From Takakia lepidozioides (taxonomy: Eukaryota > Plantae > Bryophyta), in the NCBI GenBank assembly GCA_030704615.1, contig CM060732.1:66216001-66280000 (forward strand): a stretch of 64,000 nucleotides of DNA, read 5' to 3'. Below, one piece after another: positions 21,546 through 34,259 of this stretch (positions are counted from its first letter, which is position 1; every line of letters starts with the position of its first letter). The position numbers and the translations under genes were made by a program. The notes under the pieces are model-generated. The model was not told the DNA's origin. It saw only the letters and a list, made by a program, of their open reading frames with translations, and ran no database searches.

Positions 21546-24500
21546 AAGCTGGCTTTGGACTAGAGGGCATTGACATACAACATGGCCCCTTGGATGTTGT
21601 TTTTGCTTTTGCTGCAATTGCACCACCACCTGTCACTGATCTCAGTCTTGAAGGTAAGATGGCCCACACCAAAGTACTGTCTGAAATCAAGTTGGGTACC
21701 ACCATCTCTTCAGGCCAAAAGAGGAGAGTGAAGATGCTTATTGCAAAAAATCTAGATGTCTTTAGCCTGGGATACACTGATCTAGGACGCATTCCCATCC
21801 TTCAGCATGACATTGTTACTGAAGGACCTCATATTAAACAATTTGCATACCGAGAGAGTGTCAAAGAGCGTGTTATAGTCCAAGAAAAAGTCCAGAAAAT
21901 GCTAGATACTGATGTGATTAAACCATCAGTTTCTTCTTGGGCCAGTCCAATTGTCCTGGTTAGTAAGAAAGATGGCACCACCCGCTTTTGTGTTGACTTT
22001 AGGAAACTGAATGATATCGCCAAGAAGGATGCCTACCACTACCCAGGATCAATGAGACCTTGGATCAATTGCATGGTGCTCCAATTTTCTCCTCTCTTGA
22101 TCTTGCATCTGGGTTTCGGCAAGTTCCTCTCATTGAAGCAGCCAAGGAAAAGACCTCATTTGTGTGTCGCATGGACAAATACCAATATGAGACCATGCCC
22201 TTTGGTTTGTGCAATGCCACCTCTACATTCTGACGCCTCATGGACATTGTCTTGGGTAATCTTCACCGGGAATGTGCCTTAATTTATGTATATAATATCA
22301 ATGTGTACTCAGCCAATTTTGATGCTCACTTGACTGATCTGTAGCGTGTTTTCAGCAAATTGCGCACTATAGGGCTCAAAGTAAAGCCAAAGAAGTGTGA
22401 GCTGTTTATGCTTGAGCTACATTTTTTTGGTCATATCCTCTCCAAGGATGGTTTGCTTCTTGATCCTGCCAAGCTTGAGTCTGTTTAGGGCTTTCCTATT
22501 CCCATGGATAAACATTGTATCAAATCCTTCCTTGGACTGGAGGTTTGAATGGCCCTTCTCCCAACAAGCTGCCTTTGACACCCTTCGCAAGGCTTTGTGT
22601 TCAGCTCCCATCCTGATGTTTTTCAACTTTGAATTACCTTTCTTGCTTTAGACTGATGCATCAGATGTTGTCATTTCTGCAATCTTATGTCAAGTTGTAG
22701 AAGGCAAGGAGCACGTGATAGCTTATGCATCTCGTCGTCTTGATCGTCATGAAAAGAATTATTCTATATTTGATAAGGAGGGTCTAGCCCTGGTATTCGG
22801 TATGAAGCATTTCAGGCAATATTTACATGGCAGCCGGTTTGTGGTAGAGATTGATCATTTTCCACTTAAGGCTCTTGTTAAGCAAAAGTAAGTTCCTGGC
22901 AGACTTACTAGATGAGCTATGTACCTGCAGGAATTTGACATGGATATAATGTACAAGAAGGGCAGATAAAACACAAATGTCGATGTGCTTATATGGGTTG
23001 ATCTTTCTGTCAGCAGGCCTATGCTCACCTTGGATGATCTTGTTGCTGCTGATGCAGCCTCTCCTCCTGATCCAGCCCCTCTTCTCAACCTTCTTTGTGC
23101 AGATCAGCACATCTTGGCCTTGGATTCAAATGGCATATTGGCTGCTTGGGGCTGGTCTAGCCTTCTTGATGATCATGGTTGATTTATTAGTGTGTTAGTG
23201 TGTGTGGTGGAATTATCGCTTAGAGAGAATTCGGATGGTTTGGTGGAAGTTCCTTGTTGTGTTTCAGCTCTTCTCTTTTCTAGGTCTCGAGTTTCTTGTG
23301 ATTCAGCTCCTGCACTCCTGTGTGACTATTGGCTTGAGCCTCAAGGCCTGATTTGGCTGTCCATGAGTAGTAACAAATGAGGTGAAGGTATCCCTGGTTG
23401 GAGATCATAGGTGCAGGCACTCCAGACTACCTTATCTAAAGCCCATTGTCTATCTCTTATGTGCAGTGTAGTCATGGATGATCAGCTACATTCTGCGTTG
23501 TACGCCAGCGATGCCATTCAGGGCATTCGCCAACTGGCCTTTCCGAGTCATTGCGTAAACAAATTCTCTATCATGTGTCTACTTACCGTTTCATGGGTGA
23601 TAAGTTTTTCAATGAGCTCACTAGAGAGGGAGTGCCATGCTATTTGGAGGTGCTACCACGGACTTGGTGGTTCCCTTTACAGACTTGGTGCATTCCGAGC
23701 TAGTTTTTGATCTTACATGTATCAATGTGGAGGGGCGCACGGTGAGGTGATGTCTTGATCTTCTTAGTCGATCTACTTCAGCTTGATCATCTTATCTTCA
23801 GCGGCTTAGTCTTAGTTTGCGGATGGTGACTTTTATGGTCCTATGGCTTGACCTCTCTACGACTTGCAAAATTTGTAGTTTTCATGGTATATCACCATCT
23901 GTACTCCTTGCACGGTTTTCCTAGCCAAGGGTTTTGTCCTCAGCCCAATTTGCAACTGCCAGGTTTTCCCTTGGTAGGTTTTTCACCCGGCAGTGGAGGG
24001 TGATATTATCTCAATATTTCCTTATTATTTATTTTCCTTCACGGAGCTCAGGATTTTTCGTGGGGGGTAGGCTTCACAGATGCGAAGGCCTATACTTTCC
24101 TAGGCTAGAAATGTCTTTTTTCATCCAAAACGACGATACACATCCATCGTATTTTTTTGGCGTAAAGTGCCGTTAAACCGTTACAATGATATCTAGGTTA
24201 CGGTTAGTTTTGGCTGGTGGCCACATCCTGGCCCTTCATCAGATCTAGGGTGATAAAACGGCGCTGTGGGTTTTGGCTTGTGACGCCTCGCCACGCGGCG
24301 GCAACTGAAGCTAGGGCTTTTTGTATAAAGACGACGCCCTGACATAGGTCAAGGGCGGTGTACTTGGGTGTTAGTGTATATGTGAAATTGGTGTACAAGC
24401 TTTGGATGAGAGCTCCTTTGTGTCAGATCCTTGTGTTTGATCCTTCTCTTGCGCATCGCCTGCTCTTTCCACTTGCCCATTTGTTGTGAAAACTTGTTTC

Positions 24501-27476
24501 TTGAGAGAAAAGGAGCATATGCTTCAGGCTCGTTTTGAGGCTTCATAGGCCTCCAACACTCCCCTCCCCCAGCGGCAACCCCATCAAACTACCTTGCACA
24601 GGTCTTTTTGGCTGATGTGCCTTGCTCCAGAGGGACCACCTGGACAGACTTACCTTCGCGCCATAAATGCAGGCAATCGTGTTTTTTAGTCGCTCCAGCA
24701 GGTACCGGCCGGGCCTAGAGGGCCTGTATCCTGCACGAAAGTACCGGGCCGGGGGTGCGGATACCAGGGCCGGGGCTCCTCTACCGTTGCTGCGGCATTT
24801 AGGGACCCATGGTGGAGATCCCCGGTGGAGATGCTCTTAAGGGCGGACATTGAACCGCCCCTCTCTTTCACTCAATATGTGCACGATATTCCGCGTCATG
24901 AACCCGTCCTGCAACCGAGTCATGGATATATCAGAGCGTGCTGGCGCGAATGAGAAGCTTATGAGAAGGTGTCAGGGCGTATGAGAACGTCACTGGGAAC
25001 TCCAACAAGGCGGGGACATAGGATACAAGGGCGTAATGAGGGGCAAGGGTGTGGCTACGAGCAGCCGACCCCTTCACACACCTTTCGAGAGTCCTGAACC
25101 AACCTCTTCAAAACGGACGTAGAGGGGCTATTTCAGTGAGAAGGGTGGGGATGCTCTTAAAAGTCTATCAGCTAAGAACCGAACGGTCATGAGAGAAATC
25201 AAGAGCGAGACTGCTAGTTTGCTGAGCCTGATCCCCACGAGCAGTCTACGGAGTATGCTAACCAGCGGAATATGCTAACCATAATTAGCTAGCCACGACC
25301 TGTTTAATTCACTAAAGTTCTGCAAATTAGGATGAGGCGAGGATGAGGGTGCTGAACTGATCTAACCCCGATCTGACCTAACCGAATGATCCAGACCTCG
25401 CTTTCAACATTTGTGCTTCTCTATCTATAGAATATGCCGAGCGAAGATATTGTAAGGCAGGGATCTGCAACCATCTATCCACTTTGATTGTTAATACGAT
25501 GTACTACCGATCTACCTTACAGAGAGTGCTTGGCTGCTCATACTTCTACCCCCCAGCCCAGCTGCTGATCTCCTCCAAACTCATCAGACCCTATATATTT
25601 AAGGCATGCAGCAGTACTGCTAGAGGTGTGTGTATTGTCTACAGGTCTCCTGTCTGCATCTTCTGCCCAGTGTCACCATGCTTCTTTCTGTAAGAGTACT
25701 TCTGCTTCGATCAGCGGGTCTCTTGGATGGGTTCTATACTGCATGATGTTGGGGACAATTCTTCTTTCTTTGAAGCTCTCTCCAGTGGAGTCATCCCTAG
25801 CTGAAGGGGTTCGTAGTTTGGATGTGAAGAAGGCAATCACCTTTGTACATAGCCTCCAGGAGTGGAGGCCTAACGTCGCGCAGGCTAGCACAATCAGAGT
25901 TGAGAACACTCTCATACTCATAGCAAGATGCATGAAGCTGGGCCCAGTGGAATCAAGTCCTCAAACCATGGGCCAAAACTTTGAAAGGCATGGATAGGTG
26001 TGTGCTAATTCAATATGACCGAGTAAGGAATACCCTATCAAAGATGAAAGAGAGGTGTATGCATAAAAGTCGCTGCCCGGCAAGATTTAGGGATATGTGC
26101 CCTATGTCAAAGTGGGCACACAAACGAGAGAAACATTGCAAAAAAAATCAAGGCTATGAAGAATCCTTTTAACAGTAACAGCTAATTAACTGGTCTCTGT
26201 ACCAAGCACGCGGTTTCAATATATCTGAGATCAACTCTGATCTTACCAAATACGTCCTTATACGTACAGTACTGTAACAGAGATTACTTGCATTGGATAT
26301 AACATTGCAGCCGAGAGAAAAGTCAAACTTCGTCCTCTTAGTTTGAGCCGTGCGATCGTCATACGAAAACCCCAGGAAGCAAAATTGAATTGGATCATTC
26401 AATCATCGTGGGCAAGAGTCTCCACTCGTTACGAAGTCTTCTAGGGGCAGGACTTCTACACAATTTTCTAGAGATTATACATATGTGCATCTAGAGGTTC
26501 TCTAGATACTGACACGTACAAACAACTTACGAAATGTCATCATCCGTCATCATGGAGCTCTCATGGAGTGTCAGAAATCTGAGGAGACACGCCATCTGGT
26601 TCTCGGGCCTTATAAAACTGGGCAACTAATCAAGGAAGCTTCTGGATCACCGCAACGATGGTGACAATGCATGCAAGAGAAGGGCTCCACGAGTAGTGCC
26701 TGGACTACTGCGCAACGGTGGTGAGATGAAAGATGCTATAAAACCAATCAGCTAATACATCTCGTTCTTCAAGTCGCAGCTTCTAGCCTGGTTGCGCGCA
26801 ATCCTGGAACACATTTAGCTTCATATATATTTTTCCCATTCTTGCAAAATATAGCTTCAGGCATACTTGAGCCATACTTCAGCCTCTCTTCAGCCTGAAG
26901 GGTACTTGTTCCGCCTCTACTCCTCAAGAGCCCTACCTTGCACAAGGCTGGTGGTCGCTTCTGGAGTGGAGTGGGGACAAAGGCCCTGGAAGTGCAAGAA
27001 AGGAGAGGAAAATGACCTCTCAAAAGCCGTGAAGGCAAGGGGCACAGCCAAGTCGTCTTCCTCGGATGGAGGGGGGGAGACCCTTTCTTCATTCTATGAA
27101 GATTCTCCCATATTTACATGGGAGGGCCAAACCCAAAGGCAATGGAAAAACGACCGGTTAACTTACTGTAGCAAAATTTAGTGCAATTATTAAGGCGGCG
27201 TCATTAAGCATTACTACTTCTATTTACCATGGTAATAAGAACTATTTTTTTAATCATCATGAGAAGGGATGAGAGTGAAAGGGCGATTGGGAGAATGGCA
27301 TTGAGATGTCGGATCTACCAAGTGCAATCTTCCATGTATCCCAGTGCATCTTCAGCGTTGGGCAGGTAAGTCATTGAGAACATGACCTACAGCCCCGACT
27401 TGTCAATATGGAAACACATTTAAAGCCCGCCGGGCCTGGACGTATCAAGAAACAAAGATTTTTGTTGCCTTGGCGA

Positions 27477-27925
27477 ACATGCATAATCTGCACTCATTTT
27501 TTCTTAGCGGACAGGGATGTAAATGGTTTGTTGCTGACATGCATAATCTGCACTCATTTTTTCTTAGCGGACAGGGATGTAAATGGTTTGTTGCTGACAT
27601 GCATAATCTGCACTCATTTTTTCTTAGCGGACAGGGATGTAAATGGTTTGTTGCTGACATGCATAATCTGCACTCATTTTTTCTTAGCGGACAGGGATGT
27701 AAATGGTTTGTTGCTGACATGCATAATCTGCACTCATTTTTTCTTAGCGGACAGGGATGTAAATGGTTTGTTGCTGACATGCATAATCTGCACTCATTTT
27801 TTCTTAGCGGACAGGGATGTAAATGGTTTGTTGCTGACATGCATAATCTGCACTCATTTTTTCTTAGCGGACAGGGATGTAAATGGTTTGTTGCTGACAT
27901 GCATAATCTGCACTCATTTTTTCTT
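27477..27925. repeat. Perfect 60-bp tandem array (7 full copies plus a partial copy)
   Basis: Unit ACATGCATAATCTGCACTCATTTTTTCTTAGCGGACAGGGATGTAAATGGTTTGTTGCTG, identical in every full copy. Confidence 0.97.
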
Positions 27926-28099
27926 TGCCGGACATATATAACGGGTTGGCTTTTATAAAAGCCCGCGAGTCCGTGTATAAATAAGGGCAGGTCATGAATT
28001 TAGGTATTTATAAAACATATACTTTTCAAATTACTTAAAAAATATATTCAACATATTTTATTAATAAAAGAACTGAGGAAAAAATAACCTCGGGAAACA

Positions 28100-31000
28100 A
28101 CCATGGAGGTGGAAAAAAAGAGACACTGCCCCCTAACCAAAAACTGAAGAAGCTGCAAGAAGCGAAGGAAGCAGGTTCCGCTTGCAGCAAAGAGTCTATA
28201 GAGGAGAATCAATTCTACGCCTTTGAGGAGTCGGAGTCGAAGGAGAGATGGGCCTTCGATTTGCCTTTCCTCGAGGTTCGCTTCTGCCGCCAATTGACGT
28301 CGGACTCTTCCTGCTCCAGCGATTGTTGTGCGCTAGTCGAGCTCCCAACATGGCGGGAGGCTGTCGTACCAGATAATCGATGAGTCGGATGTTCTTGTGA
28401 GATGTAGTGGCCTTTCCCTCAGGTGTTATCAAAGCTAGAGAATAGCTGCAATCGCCTTCTTTGCGAACATCTAGCAGCAGCTGCACCCAAAACCCTCCAA
28501 GCCTTACGAGCCTAAGTGAACTCTGTAGAACAGCAATTTTACGCAAGGCTGCACTCCACCATAAACCAACGAACATCTACACTTCCATAAGTGCCAAAGA
28601 GAAAGAGCTCTCAAAGCAGCCCATATTACAGGGCAGCTGCTCCAGAGTACGGGCAGAGAGTCTCCCAGCTGCTATTCCTTTAGGGAGGAAAGCTCCCGAT
28701 TCCCAGAGATGGAAAAAACTGGTGATCCCTGCCTTATCCCATCCAGACCACTTCTTGGAACAGTGCAAGAGGGAATCTGAATCAGAGTTGTAGTTACCGA
28801 ATAAGGGCTGACGAAGCACTTCCTCCATTGAAGAAGGGGTGGATTGAAAAAACAAAGGGCGCATATTCAACCAGGCAGCCCAGATGGACTGCCATGCCTT
28901 TGAACCAATAGGTCTGGCTCTAGAGCTACACCCTCTTTGCACGATCTACCTTAGAGACTCAGACCAGGACCCCGAAACAGGAGAAGCGTCAAGGATGTGG
29001 CATCTAACAATGAGACTCCAGGGCGAAGAAAGATGTGTCAGCACTATAGGAACCCACTTAGCTAGCAACGCTTGAATTTGAGCGAAGGGGTCCAGTACAC
29101 CAAGTCCGCCATTTTTATTTTTTTGGGTTATTTGCAACCAGCTGACAAGGGCTCTTCTGGTCTTAATCGCCGGTGTGGCTCCCCAGATGAAGTTCCTGGT
29201 CAAGGATTTCATTTGCGAAATAATTTTAGAGCCAGGAGACCACACGGCAGCTACAAACCAAGAGGCAGCCAAAATCAGGTCCTGGTTAGCCACAAGTGCT
29301 CTGCCCGCTGTAGACAGGTGGAGGGAACTCCAATAACCCTGTTCTTACGAATCTTGGCAAGAACCACATCACAACGCTGCTCGTCTGTCAAATCGTGACC
29401 TATCAAGTGACCCAGCAAGGTGTGGGCCTGTCCGTTTTGAAGCCATGTAAGTCCGAGATCTTCCCCCAGGGGTCAATGTGCGAGCTGGCGGAATGTTCGG
29501 AGATCTTGGACAGCACACCCACGGATTTTGACCAATTGATCTGGAGCCCCGAGGCTGAAGGTCGCCAGAGCTGAGAGAGCAGCACTGACATTAGCACTGG
29601 TGGTGTAATCTATAAAGAGAACCGTGTCATCTGCATATAGAGAGGTCTTAATGGAACAAGGGGAAGGGAGGGGTCGCGGAATTCTGAGGCCTTGGATAGA
29701 ATGATTCGATGCTAGTAGGTGGCCGGGCATCCGCAGCCAACAGGAACAAGAACGGAGAAAGGGGGCAGCCTGACGGATCTATGGAGCTTGAATGAAGGGG
29801 AAAGAACCCCGTTAACCTGCACTTTGCTGGAGGCCGAGAAGGAGAATCTTAACCCACGATAGAAAAACTACCCGAAAAGCCCACCTTTTCTAAGACCCCC
29901 CAAAGGACAGCCCAGTCCACGTTGTCAAAGGCCTTTTGAAAATCAAGGATAAGCAGGGCCAGAGGCTGATTAGTGGTTTGGGCAAGATGAAGGGCCTCAT
30001 AGGTCTGTAATTGGATGTAAGATCACGATCCCCTTTTTTGTGGATTAAAGCTATCACTCCCTGGAAAGCTGGGAAGGCATGATGCCTTTAGCCAGCACAT
30101 CATTGGCCATCTGTAGAAAATCATCAGAAACTGACCCCCAAAGGTGTTTGAAAAATTCGATCGGAAGCCCGTCAAGTCCTGGAGACTTGAAAGGAGCCAG
30201 ATCTTCGATAGCTAGAACAAGCTCCATGTCAGAGAAGGGCTTATTAAGAGAGTCCAGATCCGAAGGCTCTAGGATTATAGGAACAGATTGAAGCACCAGG
30301 GCCCCCTATCAGCCAGAATGTCCTCGGAGACAGAGGGGCGGTCAAAAAGACCAGTAAAGTACACCGCAGCAGCTGCAGCCATGGCCTTGGGGTTAGTTTG
30401 AGGGATGTTCATCCCATCCGGCAGGGCACAAATGGATGTAGATGCATGCTGCTTATTTTGTTTGAAAAAATACGCTGTCATTTTCTCTTCCTACCAATTG
30501 ACGCCTACTTTTCTACAAAGGTTCTCTTCCTTGAGAGAGCAGAGCTCGACCAAATTCCGCTTAGCCAGATTGTAGGTTTGCAAAGTCATTGGGTCATTGG
30601 GCCCACCAAGTTTGCCTCCATGAGCCACTGGCAATGAGAAATGGTTTAAGAGTCTTTTCCTTACTGGATCTCCTCTCTGGATAAAGATTGAGCCTCCTTC
30701 CTAGCAGCGTCCAATTTGCGTAAGAATCTCAACGTGGGGGAAGAGAATTCGTTCCCAGAATCTTTCCAAACTGAGGCTAGCTTTTGGACCATAGCAGGAG
30801 AGCTCAGGAGGACTGGGTTTAATTAAAAAAAACCCTACCCCCTCCGATGGATCTCTGGTGGGTTGAGCTCTAGTGATACCAAAGCGTGATCAAAATCAGG
30901 GGAGATTGGAGGAAGCGGGTAGGGAATTCCAAAAAGGCCTTGATGTGAAATGCATCGCAATTCACTTGATCACCCCCCTAAAAGTGCGCAATTCAATTGA

Positions 31001-32495
31001 ATTGCAAGGGCAATTCAATTGAACTAACCCTAATTTGCAATTCAATTGAATTGTCGGCACACGATTCAATTGAATTGTGAATTGGCAATTCAATTGAATT
31101 CTCAACTCGCAATTCAATTGAATCGCTAGTTGGCAATTCAATTGAATTGCTGACTACAATTCAATTGAATTGTAATCTATAATTTTTAACTTATTTTTGT
31201 ATATAATATATAATATATATGTACATGTATATATTCAAATTATATTTATACACATATAAGAGTATAAACTAAAAATACATTTTGCCCGTCTATTCTTGCT
31301 GGCCCTCTTACTTGTGCCCTTGAGGAAATTGTGGAGTTGTGAAGCCACCCTCAGCCTCAGCGAGAAAGGGAGAGCCAGAGACGGAGACAGATCGGCAACT
31401 TCCTGTGATTCACTGGCAAAAGAAATATGGTTGGCTCCGAAAAAAACAGACAAAATCAAACCTGACAATTGATGAAAGGCTTCCCCTGCATCACCATGTA
31501 GTCCCCTAACACTAGTATCTGGCCCAGGACAAAGAAAACAAAAAATATGTTCATCTTGAGAATTATCAAAAATTTCGATACCCTTACAAAGGTATCATGT
31601 TGAAGTTGGGATGTGTGTTCTATATAAGTTTAATATATCAAACTCTTACACGTTGATACTTTACATTGGTATCATGTTTGGTATATGTACATAGCCATAT
31701 ATTGGCACCAACATCCACAAAGAGAGACAATCCCGCTTTTACAAGCGCTTCGTGACTTCCCCTCTCTCGCTCTCCCTTAGGCTTATCTTGGGCTCAAGCC
31801 TTACCACGGGCAAAGGATTGACAGACGGACAGCAAGAATAGACGGGCAACATGTATTTTTAGCTTACCTGTGTATGTATATATGTATAATTTAAATATAT
31901 ACATATATATTATATACAGAAATAAGTTAAAAATTATAGATTACAATTCAATTGAATTGTAGTCAGCAATTCAATTGAATTGCAAATTAGGGTTAGTTCA
32001 ATTGAATTGTGCACTTTTAGGGGGTGATCAAGTGAATTGTGATGCATTTCACATCAAGGCCTTTTTGGAATTCCCTAAGCGGGATCTGTTTGGCCCATGT
32101 AGCCGGCAGGGGAGAGCAGCAAAATCTGTCCAGCCTGGCCATAAATAAGTCTGGCGGAGCTCTATTATTCAACCAAGTGAATCTGAGGCCATGACGGCAA
32201 GGGAGAAAGCAATCTGGTAAGCCTACAGAGAAGCAGAGTCTCGGGGACAAACTCTGAGCAGAGGAGCCAAGCCTACCAGATAAGCAATCAACCATATTAA
32301 AATCACCTGCTACTACCCAGTTAACCACCTGGGGATTATTCAAGATATTAGAATTAAGCATGGACCAAAATTGGATCCGATCGGAGACTGCATTAGGGGC
32401 ATAAATATTAACAAAGCCCGTGGAAGGAAAAATGGAGGAAGCCGAAGTGAACGCACACTGGGCTCGCCCGGGGAGCCAGGATTCTACTTTGAGAA
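28100..32495 (-). mobile_element. L1-type non-LTR retrotransposon ORF2 (APE endonuclease + RT), decayed and 5'-truncated
   Basis: Endonuclease motifs VNIYAPN, WVVAGDFN, FTW…ARLDRF and DH (32080-32420, ~30890). RT motifs KSPGLDGLPIEF, LDFQKAFDNVDW and SLYADDT. Also W..I…K.NGGLG. Confidence 0.9.
30920..32077. mobile_element. Non-autonomous foldback MITE (TAGGG…CCCTA termini, hAT-like) inserted in the LINE
   Basis: Long TIR TAGGGAATTCCAAAAAGGCCTTGATGTGAAATGCATC… at both ends. 6-bp TSD AGCGGG at 30914-30919 and 32078-32083. About 11 copies of the palindrome CAATTCAATTGAATTG. The empty site restores the LINE frame QIPLPPISPDFDHAL. Confidence 0.9.
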
Positions 32496-33036
32496 AATCA
32501 AACAGAATAGAAGGCGCTATTAAGATTTAGGGTGATTAAGATTAGGATTTTCATTTGATCAGGTGATACTATACCATGTAGATTATACAAACCACAAGCA
32601 GTCAGTTTCCACACAGGCACCCATGCAGACTTTTGGGTCAATACCAGTGTTGGTCTGGTATCAATATTTTTTGATCCTGGTATATGGGTGGCTCTCAAAA
32701 TGACATACCAGGAGAACATGGGTACCAAGGATATTTTTCAAATTAGATATCAGTCTGGTATGGTTCCTTAGAAAATTATAATCACCTAATCAATGATATC
32801 AATACAAATGTGCTCAAGTAATACCAACTGGTATACATACTGGGATTTGGTATGAAACAAGGCTTCAATTCACTTAAAAAACACTTGATGAGTGCATTGC
32901 TCTTCGTGAGAGCATCATGCACAGCCTTGATGCAAGCCTTGATTGTTCGCCCAACAATCCACCTACCCTAACTGCAAAATGGCCGCACTCTTACCTACTT
33001 CCCATCAACAAGAATTACCACTTGCAACGAGTATCA

Positions 33037-33472
33037 ACACTAAACCCTAGCCGTCAACACCATATTGGTATGGTGTTCGCTTGTTCTCATAAACCCTACC
33101 CTAACCCAAGTAATGGTATGTAAAATGTGTATGTAAAGTTTAGGACCAGGCTGGTCTGGTCCGTGATACCAGGGTTGATACTACACTAAACCCTAGCCCT
33201 CAACACCATACTGGTAAGGTATTCACTTGTTCTCATAAACCCTACCCTAAGCCAAGTAATGGTATCGCCTTGGGTATGTAAAATCTAGGACCAAGCTGGT
33301 CTGGTCCGTGATACTAGGGTTGATACTACACTAAACCCTAACCCTCAGCACCATACTGGTATGGTATTCACTTGTTCTCATAGACCCTACCCTAAGCTAA
33401 GTAATGGTATCGTCCTGGGTACGTAAAATCTAGGACCAGGCTGGTCTGGTCCGTGATACCAGGGTTGATACT
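33037..33472. repeat. Three ~146-bp tandem repeats inside a GGTAT/ATACC-rich MITE-like repeat
   Basis: ACACTAAACCCTA…CTTGTTCTCATA…CTGGTCTGGTCCGTGATAC…GGGTTGATACT occurs three times. Related ATACCAG/CTGGTAT-rich sequence lies at 32570-32860, 34470-35150, 35490-35700 and 63400-63950. Confidence 0.8.
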
Positions 33473-33920
33473 CAGGTCTAATACCCATACCAGACCAACA
33501 TTGGTCAATACACTCTGCTAGTGATGATACATCCAACACTAGGTCATGTGACAACCATACAACACAACAACATAAGACGATCCAAATGAGTACGTAACTC
33601 TCGCGAGAGTGGATAGATTTGAAAGAAAGAATGAAAAGAAGGAATAACCTAGAGCTAGGCCAAAGAAAATAAACAAAAAGATGCTCAACTAGTCCGCTGT
33701 ACTCAAGTTGATGGACCAATTCAAGTGTGACCTCTTCCTCCTCTTTTCCCCTTGGAATAGATGTGTCCTGTTCTGAAGTCCTAAAAGCTAAGCAGCAGTA
33801 CCTACCACAGCACCGGCTATTCAGGTATAAAACAGGCTGTTAAGTAATGCTCAACAGCCACATGCAGTTGAGATAGCATCAAAGTAACCATCGGAAGCGC
33901 TGCAACACTGCATCCCAAGC

Positions 33921-34259
33921 CTAGTCGAAAAGGCTGAAACCCATGTCATCATCAGACTCCTCCTTGGCTTCCTCCTCCTTCTTTTCCTCCTTTTCTTCGG
34001 CAGGGGCAGCACCTCCACCTCTACCAGAGGAGGCCACCACAACACCGCCGCCGCCTCGGCCTGGCACAGATGCAAACTTCTCCCTTCCGGAAGCAATCAC
34101 CTCCGTAATATCTTTACCATCCAACTCCTTCAGCAAGAAGGATATTCTTTCGTCATCGCCTTCCGCACCGACTGAACCAAGAATCGATGTAAGATCCTTG
34201 GCAGAGGGAACAGGGTTGCCTCCCAGAACTGCCAACAAGTAGGCAGCAACCACCTTCAT
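33921..34259 (-). CDS. RPP2: 60S acidic ribosomal protein P2 (112 aa, intronless CDS)
   Basis: MKVVAAYLLAVLGGN…EESDDDMGFSLFD. ATG at 34259. AGCCCA/GGCCC site-II-like motifs just upstream (34345-34476). Confidence 0.95.
   Translation of the reverse strand: MKVVAAYLLAVLGGNPVPSAKDLTSILGSVGAEGDDERISFLLKELDGKDITEVIASGREKFASVPGRGGGGVVVASSGRGGGAAPAEEKEEKKEEEAKEESDDDMGFSLFD

Larger units (their letters stand above)
18987..23100 (+). mobile_element. Decayed Ty3/Gypsy retrotransposon body: gag Zn-knuckle, protease, dUTPase-like, RT, RNase H; integrase not recognisable
   Basis: CYICGSFEHWTKHCP at ~19336. Protease VVDT*…IADGS…ILLGLDW at 19640-19862. RT SSWASPIVLVSKKDGTTRFCVDFRKLN and MPFGLCNA at 21930-22220. 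RNase H TDASD…VIAYASR at 22650-22990. Many stops and frameshifts. Confidence 0.88.

Noticed and set aside
24060-24345. 3' LTR of the dUTPase-Gypsy
   Set aside because: A G-rich PPT-like tract and a …TGACA end are suggestive, but the partner LTR would lie outside the window, so it cannot be confirmed.
24400-27400. Protein-coding genes
   Set aside because: Only short ORFs without recognisable motifs; probably decayed repeat fragments.
27477-27925. CRISPR array, or real proteins from the three repeat ORFs
   Set aside because: The units are identical with no unique spacers and there are no cas genes. The ORFs are a by-product of a stop-free 60-bp unit.
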